Below are positions 1-6,976 of a stretch of 64,000 bases of DNA, piece after piece. Source of the DNA: Bryobacterales bacterium (GTDB taxonomy: Bacteria; Acidobacteriota; Terriglobia; Bryobacterales; Bryobacteraceae); contig JADLDI010000048.1 of assembly GCA_020846745.1 (NCBI GenBank), forward strand, positions 3 to 64,002, given 5' to 3'. The translations under genes were made by a program, and so were the position numbers. Below the pieces are notes generated by a model. It saw only the letters and a program-made list of their open reading frames with translations. It was not told the origin of the DNA and ran no database searches. Within the stretch, counting starts at the first letter, position 1. The number at the start of each line of letters is the position of its first letter.

Positions 1-67
1 GTGCCCCGACTGTCAAGCAGGGGTTGCCGACCGAAAGCGGAATTTACGCGAAAGGAGCACGACACAA

Positions 68-802
68 ATGTCCCATCAAACCGGACCCCGCATCGTCGAA
101 GCCACTGAACAAAACGAAGCCAATTTGGAAAAGGTCCACCGCTACTACCAGCGCTGGGAAGAGTCCTACAAGTCCGCCGTCCGCGAGATCCGCATGCTCC
201 AAACCGATCGCGCAATCCAGGACATCTCCAACCAAACCCCGCCCGACGAGTTCGCCCCGCTCGCCTATGTCCCAAAGATTCATCATTTTGCGAGACGAAT
301 TGGCAGGCCGCCGCTGACCGTCGACGACAACGTCCGTCACGCACTCTCCACTCAGCCGGCAACCAAACCCGACCCGAGCCCGGAGCGTAAGCGACGGGTT
401 GCCGACGCCTCCACCAAACCAGCTACCCCCGTACAATCAACAACTTGCGAGACGAAATCCCCCACCCAAATTGGGCCTTGGCCGCCGAAGCCTCGGCGCA
501 GTCGGCGGTGGCGTCAACGCCGCGCCCATCTACGACCAGGCCGCTTAACACCCCAACTAAATCAACACTTTGCGAAACGAAGTCCCCCGGAGATCGGCCT
601 TGGCCGACGAGGCCTCGGGGAAGTAGGCTGCGGACCCAACGCCGCTCCCCATCTACAACCAGGCCGCCTGCTACCCCAACCAAATCAACATTTTGCGAAA
701 CGAAGTCCCCCGGGGATCGGCCTTGGCCGACGAAGCCCTCGGCGAAGTAGGCTGCCGACCCAACGCCGCGCCCATTTACAACCAAGCCGCCTAATACCCT
801 AA
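68..802 (+). CDS. hypothetical protein, doubtful (possibly 5'-partial; 3' half reads through the tandem repeat)
   Basis: The frame stays open back to base 2, so the true 5' end may lie outside the window. The N-part (EANLEKVHRYYQRWEESYKSAVREIRMLQTDR) resembles the C-terminal helix of the 198-aa ORF at 60844-61440. From about aa 120 onward it is translated from a ~122-bp repeat whose period is not a multiple of 3, so that part is unlikely to be genuine coding. Confidence 0.25.
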   Translation: MSHQTGPRIVEATEQNEANLEKVHRYYQRWEESYKSAVREIRMLQTDRAIQDISNQTPPDEFAPLAYVPKIHHFARRIGRPPLTVDDNVRHALSTQPATKPDPSPERKRRVADASTKPATPVQSTTCETKSPTQIGPWPPKPRRSRRWRQRRAHLRPGRLTPQLNQHFAKRSPPEIGLGRRGLGEVGCGPNAAPHLQPGRLLPQPNQHFAKRSPPGIGLGRRSPRRSRLPTQRRAHLQPSRLIP

Positions 803-1135
803 CCAAATCAACAGTTTGCGAAACGAAGTCCCTGGAGATCGACCTTGGCCGACGAAGTCTCGGCGCAGTCGGCTGGGGCGTCAACCTTGCGCCCATCTAC
901 AACCAGGCCGCCTAATACCCCAACCAAATCAACACTTTGCGAAACGAAGTCCCCGGGGGATCGGCCTTAGCCGACGAAGCCTCGGCCAAGTCGGCTGTGG
1001 CGTCAACGCCGCTCCTATCTACAAGCCAGGCCGCCTGCTACCCCAACCAAATCAACACTTTGCGAAACGAAGTCCCCGGAGATCGGCCTTGGCCGCCGAA
1101 GCCTTGGCCCGGTCGGCTCTGGGGGTAGCCCGGCC
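434..1135. repeat. tandem repeat array, ~122-bp unit, about 5.7 copies
   Basis: The core AAATCAACACTTTGCGAAACGAAGTCCCC recurs near 434, 559, 682, 805, 926 and 1049 (period 121-125 bp). The remaining ~90 bp of each unit is also homologous, with two alternating variants (..GCAGTCGGC.GTGGCGTCAAC.. versus ..GAAGTAGGCTGC.GACCCAAC..). A further degenerate core lies at 278-299. Confidence 0.9.
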
Positions 1136-1362
1136 ACCGGTGCGGATCGGATTGGACAGGGTGTGCCGTGGATTGTGCCGGCGCACGCGGTGGGGCCGAT
1201 GGAATGGCAGATTCTGGATGGGTGCAACGAAGAGGGTGATTGCGCTTCGGGCGGCTCCCTGCACCGGCCGGGTCGCTGACGCTCCCATCTCCGGTCGGGC
1301 GGCAGCCGTCACGCGGATCGTGTGTTTGCAGTCACAATCACGTTCGATTCGGGGGCCACAGG

Positions 1363-2508
1363 TTAGCTTAGGCTTAGTTTCACCCAACCGGCTAAGGCGC
1401 CGGGTTGGTTGCCGGTGAATACGACTTGTCGTGTTTTGGGGAACGGGAGACCGGTGCGGATGGCGCGGGCGTAGTAGGGTTGCTCGGCCATGATTTTGCG
1501 ATAATTTTCGTCCTGCACCTTGGGCCAGGCGGTTTTGCCGAACAGGCCGGTGCCCCAGCCCAGGGCCAGGAGGCACGAACCGGATGCGGAGGCTTCGGCC
1601 AGGGTGTGGTCCAGTTTGTCTAACGTCCTCAAGAGCGGCGTCAGGCCGGTCATGGTGGCGAACTGGCGGTGGGCGGCCAGGGCCTGTTTAGCGTAATCGT
1701 TGGCGGCGGTAAGCAGGCGTTCACGGGAAAGAGGTCCTCGCCAGTGGAGGGCGCGGACGATTTCGGGTTTGCTGTAGAAATCGTTTTCTTCCCAAGCGCC
1801 TTCGAAGGCGGAACCGGGTTGGGCCATTTCGGCGAACAGCGGTGTGCTGTCTTCGATGCGGCGGGAGTCGACGGAACCGCGGCCGCTTTGCTTCCAGCCG
1901 AGGCCGATGCCCTTCTGCGGCGGGCGCATCTCGACCAACGTGGCCGTACGAAGCATGTAGACCTTGAGCGTGTTGACGGGCACCGTGCGCGAGTCGCCGA
2001 CGCCTAAGGCCTTTAGCAAGTCAGCACCACTGCGGCCGGCTTCCTTGTGCATGGCGCGCGATTCGAAGGCATCGCCGGGGCGGCGTTGACCGGCCGCGGC
2101 TTCCAAGGTCTTTTCGTCGGCCGCGGCGGCCAGGAGGGCGGTTCGCAGCGCGCCTTTGAGGGCGCTGCCAGGGAGATAGGGTCCGCCAGTCAGCGTGGCG
2201 AAGGTCGGGATGAAGCAGCCTTCGGCCGGCAGCTTTTCCCAGTATTGGGTGTAGTTGGGATGCTCGAAGGGGATGCGGCGGCCGGCGAAGTTTTGGGCGA
2301 AGCCGCCCCAACTGGCGAAGTCGAGTTTGTCGGCCTTTTTGACCTGCGCCAGGTAGTTATCGAGCCGCGAGCCTTTGGCGAGGAGGCGGAAGATACGCTT
2401 CTGGTCGAGGACGTTGACCTGGTCTTTCCAGACCATGTAATCGATGGGGGCCAGCGCGGCGCCATCGCCCACGAGGGTCGGCGTCAGCACTTCGAGACGG
2501 TACTTCAT
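1363..2508 (-). CDS. csm5: type III CRISPR RAMP protein Csm5
   Basis: 381 aa. N-terminus KYRLEVLTPTLVGDG, RAMP loop YLPGSALKGALRTALL, LALGWGTGLFGKT, and C-terminal FPKTRQV...LAGWVKL are typical of Csm5. Its start overlaps the csm4 stop as ATGA (plus-strand tcat at 2505-2508). The ORF-track start at 2523 is an alternative. Confidence 0.8.
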   Translation of the reverse strand: MKYRLEVLTPTLVGDGAALAPIDYMVWKDQVNVLDQKRIFRLLAKGSRLDNYLAQVKKADKLDFASWGGFAQNFAGRRIPFEHPNYTQYWEKLPAEGCFIPTFATLTGGPYLPGSALKGALRTALLAAAADEKTLEAAAGQRRPGDAFESRAMHKEAGRSGADLLKALGVGDSRTVPVNTLKVYMLRTATLVEMRPPQKGIGLGWKQSGRGSVDSRRIEDSTPLFAEMAQPGSAFEGAWEENDFYSKPEIVRALHWRGPLSRERLLTAANDYAKQALAAHRQFATMTGLTPLLRTLDKLDHTLAEASASGSCLLALGWGTGLFGKTAWPKVQDENYRKIMAEQPYYARAIRTGLPFPKTRQVVFTGNQPGALAGWVKLSLS

Positions 2509-3545
2509 ACGTTCACCCGCCACGGCAGCGGCACGGCTACCGCGAATCCATTGCGATAGACAGGATGGGCAAAGCCTTCGGGCGCCACGTTGGGGGCGCT
2601 ACCCAGGGGCGGCTTGGCAGATAGCAGCACCGAGCCTTCACGCACCATCGCGAGCGCCTGCTTTTCGGTGCCCCACCCGGCTCTGCTTTCGATACGGCCG
2701 GTGCGGTCCATTAGCGAGAAACTGCCACGGTTCCAGTCGACCTGGTCGGCTTCGCCGGGGCAGAAGGCGGAAAGCAGCCAGTACGACGTTTCGGGGGTGG
2801 GCGCGCCTTCGTTTTCCGGAGCGGCTTTGGCGTTGCCCAACACGAGATTCGGCAACGCACCGGGCGTGATGGAGTCTACGGTGAAGTGTCCCCAACCGGT
2901 GCTGCGCTTGCCGCCGACGCCGGTATCGCCCAGCAGGCGCAGGGCGCCTTCGAGGCGGGCGCTCCATTGATCGCGAGCGGCATCGTTGGCGAATTCGGCG
3001 ACGAACCAGAGCCAGGCGCTTTCGGCCCACTCGATGCACGCGGTCTGGTGGGTGTTGATTTTGCCTGGTTCCAGACGGTCGACCGCGGCGTGGCTACGCA
3101 GGGCGATGCGATAGGGACCGGTGCGGGACGAGCGGCGGCCGCGGCGCAAGAGGCAGCCACTGAAACCGTCGACTTCCCACTGATCTTCGTTCCACGACCC
3201 GCCGGCGGCGAGCTGACCGACGAGGTACGCGGGGATGTAGTGCGCCCCTTCGACGCAGAGTTTGCCGGAAGCGTTGGCGGGAGGCCAGACGTTGGCGGGC
3301 GCGGGGACGAGCAGCGCATCGTCGAGACCGAAGAAGAGGGACGACAGGCGGACGGCGGGTTCGGCTGTGGCCGCGGTGGCCGTAACCCACTCGTCGAGCC
3401 ACCCCAACTGATCCATCGCCGCGGTGACGGCCGAGTACCACGAATCGCTGTGGAGGATGCGGTCGACACGGTCGCGCGCACCGCTATCGGCACCCATGCG
3501 CCACGGACCAGTCGGCTTCAATTTGGCCAGCAAAGCCACTGACAT
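2505..3545 (-). CDS. csm4: type III CRISPR RAMP protein Csm4 (Cas5 family)
   Basis: 346 aa. Motifs LKPTGPWRMG..HSDSWYSAVTAA, LSSLFF, glycine loop GDTGVGGKRSTGWGHF, and C-terminal YWLLSAF...REGSV. It occupies the canonical slot between csm3 and csm5. Confidence 0.75.
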   Translation of the reverse strand: MSVALLAKLKPTGPWRMGADSGARDRVDRILHSDSWYSAVTAAMDQLGWLDEWVTATAATAEPAVRLSSLFFGLDDALLVPAPANVWPPANASGKLCVEGAHYIPAYLVGQLAAGGSWNEDQWEVDGFSGCLLRRGRRSSRTGPYRIALRSHAAVDRLEPGKINTHQTACIEWAESAWLWFVAEFANDAARDQWSARLEGALRLLGDTGVGGKRSTGWGHFTVDSITPGALPNLVLGNAKAAPENEGAPTPETSYWLLSAFCPGEADQVDWNRGSFSLMDRTGRIESRAGWGTEKQALAMVREGSVLLSAKPPLGSAPNVAPEGFAHPVYRNGFAVAVPLPWRVNV

Positions 3546-3565
3546 TGGTTTGCCCGGTTCCGATC

Positions 3566-4402
3566 CTACTCGCTCAGCTTGGCGGCGAAGTCATCGCCGC
3601 GGGCGAGCGATTGGACAGCCCCGAGGTCGGCCCCGGCGAGCAGTTCGGTTTCGGCGGCGCCGGCGGCATAGTAGCCGCGGCCGCGCCAGCGCAGGCGGAG
3701 GTTGGAGAAGTGCACACGGCCGGAACCGCGCGAACCGCCGCCACCGAGGGTGTCGTCTTCGAGGAGACGCAGACCTTCGGCCAAGCGGGCGAGCAGGACC
3801 TTGTCCTCTTCGCAGAGGACGTCGAGCGTCATACGGACATGGAAGCGGGCGCCTGCCGGCACGCGTTCGAGGGTGCGCGGGTTGGCTTGCGAGGTAATCC
3901 GGTCGATGGCGTTCTCGCTCTTCACCTCGGTGAGTTCGTCGTCGAGGTTTTCGCGCATGGCGGGTGTGATGGAATCCGGGTCGAGCGGGGCGTCGTACAC
4001 CGTGAGCCGGGAGGGGCTGGCCGAGGCGCCTTCGATGATGTCGCCCGAAACGCGATCCATACGGCCGGGATTGCGGCCGAACAAGAGGCAGATTTCGTCG
4101 TCCGGCCGGTCACTCTGGTGGATGCGAACCTCCTGGCCTTTGCGGCGCGACAGGTAGACGAGTTCCGAAGGGACGGCGAGGCCGTTCGACTGTTCGAGCA
4201 GTGAGCGGAGACGTCCGCGCAGGGTGCTGCCGGGAACGTAGGGACGTCCGAAGGCATCCTTGACGACGGGATTGTCGGCGCCGCCGATTTCGAGCGAGCC
4301 TTTGCCGGCTCCGACATGCAAACCTGTGTCGCAGTGCAGTTCGCCTTCGAGCAACAGCTTGCCAATCAGCTTCAGCTCAGTTTTGGCAGTATGAGCACTC
4401 AT
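3566..4402 (-). CDS. csm3: type III CRISPR backbone RAMP Csm3 (Cas7 family)
   Basis: 278 aa. Motifs LIGKLLLEGELHCDTGLHVGAG, EIGGADNPVVKD, GRPYVPGSTLRGRLRSLLE and GGGGSRGSGRVHF. The Asp of the GGxDNPV loop, equivalent to the catalytic D33 of S. thermophilus Csm3, is present. Confidence 0.9.
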   Translation of the reverse strand: MSAHTAKTELKLIGKLLLEGELHCDTGLHVGAGKGSLEIGGADNPVVKDAFGRPYVPGSTLRGRLRSLLEQSNGLAVPSELVYLSRRKGQEVRIHQSDRPDDEICLLFGRNPGRMDRVSGDIIEGASASPSRLTVYDAPLDPDSITPAMRENLDDELTEVKSENAIDRITSQANPRTLERVPAGARFHVRMTLDVLCEEDKVLLARLAEGLRLLEDDTLGGGGSRGSGRVHFSNLRLRWRGRGYYAAGAAETELLAGADLGAVQSLARGDDFAAKLSE

Positions 4403-4417
4403 GTGTGTTCCCTCTTC

Positions 4418-5104
4418 CTACTCGTTGTAAGCGACGATGGCTTCAAACAGATCGCGGAACCGCTCGTAGCCGCGGAGGTCGTTTTTGCGGGTGACCTGGA
4501 GGAGCAGCTTTTCGAGCGAATCGAGACTGCGTAGCGAATGACGCGCGATGGTGTACGCCAGGCGTGCGCGGAGCATGACGAATTCATGCTGGCGGTCGGC
4601 ATCGGCGGCGCGGCAGGCGCGGCGCACTGCATTGTAGAAGCGGCGGAGCTGAGACTTGGTTCCCGAATCCATGTCGCGCATACGGCTGACGACCGCGTGG
4701 GCCTGATTGTCGAGATATAAAGGATCGGAAATCAGCTTTTCGAGGTCGATTTCCGGGGGGCCTTCCATGCGGCCACCACCGCCGCCACCGGGACGGCCGA
4801 AGTCGCGACGGTCGCGTCCACCGCGATCACCGCCACGCTCACCACGGTCGCCACCACCGCCTTGACGTTCGCCGCCTTGACGTTCGCCACCGGGGCGACC
4901 CTCACGACGGTCGCCGCGCGGAGGGCGGCCACCTTCGCCCTGCTGGGACCGCGGCCCCTGAGCTTGGCCTTGGCCCTGCTCGCGGCGAGGCGGCTGTTGT
5001 TGGGGCGGTGCCGACTGCGCTTGGGGTTGCGGCGTTTCCTGCTGCTGGGGCGTTTCCTGCTGCTGGGGCGGTTGCTGCTGTTGATCTTGTTGCTCTTCAG
5101 CCAT
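4418..5104 (-). CDS. csm2: type III small subunit Csm2 (Cas11) with long N-terminal low-complexity extension
   Basis: 228 aa. The C-terminal ~115-aa helical part (TKSQLRRFYNAVR...LRARLAYTIAR) is Csm2-like and sits between cas10 and csm3. The N-terminal ~110 aa is Q/P-rich, then RG/RGG-rich. Confidence 0.65.
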   Translation of the reverse strand: MAEEQQDQQQQPPQQQETPQQQETPQPQAQSAPPQQQPPRREQGQGQAQGPRSQQGEGGRPPRGDRREGRPGGERQGGERQGGGGDRGERGGDRGGRDRRDFGRPGGGGGGRMEGPPEIDLEKLISDPLYLDNQAHAVVSRMRDMDSGTKSQLRRFYNAVRRACRAADADRQHEFVMLRARLAYTIARHSLRSLDSLEKLLLQVTRKNDLRGYERFRDLFEAIVAYNE

Positions 5105-5117
5105 CGGTCGTTACCTC

Positions 5118-6773
5118 TTATGCACCCTGCTCAGTTTCGAGATTGGACGCGGGTTCCGCGTCTGAGGGTGATGGTTGTTCCTGAGCCGGGGCCGTTGTTT
5201 CGGCGGTCACCGGCGATTGTTCGATTTCTTCGGATTCGGTTGGGGCAAGTTCGGGGGCGACAGCGTCGACGGTCGGGGTTTCCGATCGCTCCCTTACCGT
5301 CGCGGCTCCGTTCGTTTGGAGTGCCGCGGGGGTGGGGGTTTCTTCTATCGTGCAGACGGGACCGGCCAGCAGACGCGCCCATTCTACGGCGACGCGCCCG
5401 GCGGGACGAAGCTTTACCTGCGTGGACGACTTGCCTACGATGTCGGTAATCAGGGCCTTCTGCAGGCGCTGGAGTTCGCGGTCTTTGTGTTCGCCGAGCA
5501 CTACGGCGAGGCGGCGATAGTAACGCCAGGGGCGATCGGCACGGCCGGAGGGCTTTTCGCGGTAGAAGGCGCTGAGCTCGCTGAGGAACTCGGGCGGACA
5601 GTCGTACTGGCGGACCATGCGCATCATGAGTTCCTTGAGGTCCGAGGCGTGGTTGACGTGGCGCCATTCGACGGTGCGGCCGAAAATTTGGAGGCAATCC
5701 TTGTCGGCGGCTTTGGCGATATCGAGGCTGCGGCCAGCGGCTTCGAAGACGAGGCCAAATGGCGCGTCGACTTCGGGGGCCAGTTCCAGGGCCATGGTGA
5801 TGGTTTTGCCTTCCGGCCCGGGAAGTTCCTTTAGATTCGCTTCGGCAAAGCGGTGGAAAAGGCGCTGCATCTCGCGGGCGAGTTGGAGGAGGGCGTCCCA
5901 GGTTCCGTATACGGCGAAGTCATCTTCACCGGACCAGAGGACGGAGACCTTGCGCCAGAAGTCGGGCATGGAGCACGCGACTTCGAGTTCGCCGGCGAAG
6001 AACTGCTGGAACTGCAGAGTCAGCTGCAGGTACTCTTCGATAGTTTGGGCACGGCGGAGGCGGATGCGGAAACCGTCGACGGCTCCGCGGAGGATGCCCC
6101 ACATGGCATGTCCGGGCGCGCGCTGGGCGAGTTCTTCGACGGTGGCGGTATGGCCCGCGTCGTCGAGCGCGGCATGGCGGGCTACGGTGATGCCGTCGGC
6201 AGTGCCCGCGGCCCAGGTATGCTTACCTTCGTCGATGAGGACGCGGCCCGGCGTGTCGGGCGACCAGCCAAAGGTGCGGGCTTCGCGAACCCGGGGCGCC
6301 AGGTAGTCGCTGAAATAGGCGCTGTCGGCCGCGGCGCTACCGATGGACCGTGGAGCGAACGAGCCTTCCGCGACCGGAACGGTGTTTTCGCGCCGCCACA
6401 TCTCTTCGGCGAGGCGCTTGCGCACGATTGTCCAATCGCCGAGATTTTCCGTGCCGGCCCATACCAGCCGCAGCATTCCGCCGCCGGTTTCACGGATAGC
6501 TTCGTTGGCTGCTTTTAGAAAAGCTTCGGCTTGCGGAACGGCTTCAGCCGGGAGAACGAGAAAGAAGTTGCCGCCACCGGAGCTACCCAGCAGGATACGC
6601 GCAAGGCCGAGTTCGGCGAGCAGGGCACGGGGTAGAACCTCGCTTAACAGCGCCGCCCAATGCGCCCGTCCCGCCACGAGAGCCTGGCCGGCCGGTTGCC
6701 CGGTAGGCGCATCACTTGGCAGGAACCGCTCGATCCCGAGGAGTTTACCTTGCAGAAAGATTTGTACCGACAT
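5118..6773 (-). CDS. cas10: minimal Cas10 (Csm1-like) lacking an HD domain
   Basis: 551 aa. It starts directly with Palm1-like FLQGKLLGIERFL..AGRAHWAALL..SSGGGNFFLVLP. The second palm carries GILRGAVDGF and WSGEDDFAVYG, so the GGDD position reads GEDD. No N-terminal HD motif and no CxxC pairs are present. The C-terminal ~76 aa form an acidic/Pro/Thr-rich tail. Confidence 0.75.
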   Translation of the reverse strand: MSVQIFLQGKLLGIERFLPSDAPTGQPAGQALVAGRAHWAALLSEVLPRALLAELGLARILLGSSGGGNFFLVLPAEAVPQAEAFLKAANEAIRETGGGMLRLVWAGTENLGDWTIVRKRLAEEMWRRENTVPVAEGSFAPRSIGSAAADSAYFSDYLAPRVREARTFGWSPDTPGRVLIDEGKHTWAAGTADGITVARHAALDDAGHTATVEELAQRAPGHAMWGILRGAVDGFRIRLRRAQTIEEYLQLTLQFQQFFAGELEVACSMPDFWRKVSVLWSGEDDFAVYGTWDALLQLAREMQRLFHRFAEANLKELPGPEGKTITMALELAPEVDAPFGLVFEAAGRSLDIAKAADKDCLQIFGRTVEWRHVNHASDLKELMMRMVRQYDCPPEFLSELSAFYREKPSGRADRPWRYYRRLAVVLGEHKDRELQRLQKALITDIVGKSSTQVKLRPAGRVAVEWARLLAGPVCTIEETPTPAALQTNGAATVRERSETPTVDAVAPELAPTESEEIEQSPVTAETTAPAQEQPSPSDAEPASNLETEQGA

Positions 6774-6855
6774 GGTCTACGTACGCGGGGCGGCCCGCTG
6801 GCACCAAATCTCTCAATGTAGCAGGATCGCCGCATAGCAAGCTACCGCCATTCGA

Positions 6856-6873
6856 GTAATTACGCGTAATTAC
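6856..6873. promoter_or_regulatory. 18-bp perfect palindrome GTAATTACGCGTAATTAC (candidate operator) upstream of cas10
   Basis: Verified base by base as its own reverse complement. It consists of two palindromic GTAATTAC half-sites separated by GC. It is an AT-rich island in GC-rich DNA, about 85 nt upstream of the cas10 ATG. Its existence is certain; the regulatory role is inferred. Confidence 0.4.
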
Positions 6874-6976
6874 GATAGTGCCGGGGTGGGGTTGATCACC
6901 CGCGCGGTGAGGCAACAGGGGCCGGCAGCGGAACACAGCGGAGGGCCGACGGCCCGCGCTCCACGGAACCTGCCGC

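Noticed and set aside
434-1135. The tandem array next to csm5 might be a CRISPR array.
   Set aside because: The unit is ~122 bp, and the sequence between conserved cores is itself ~80 percent conserved between units, in two alternating variants. There are therefore no unique spacers. It is kept as an unusual repeat, not called CRISPR.
1321-1360. GTTTGCAGTCACAATCACGTTCGATTCGGGGGCCACAG just downstream of csm5 looks like a CRISPR repeat.
   Set aside because: Only a single copy is visible in the window, so it cannot be called a repeat.
6774-6976. A strong rho-independent terminator after tssM separating it from cas10.
   Set aside because: Only a 5-bp GGGCC/GGCCC hairpin without a U-tract is visible, which is insufficient to call a terminator. 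Co-transcription remains open.
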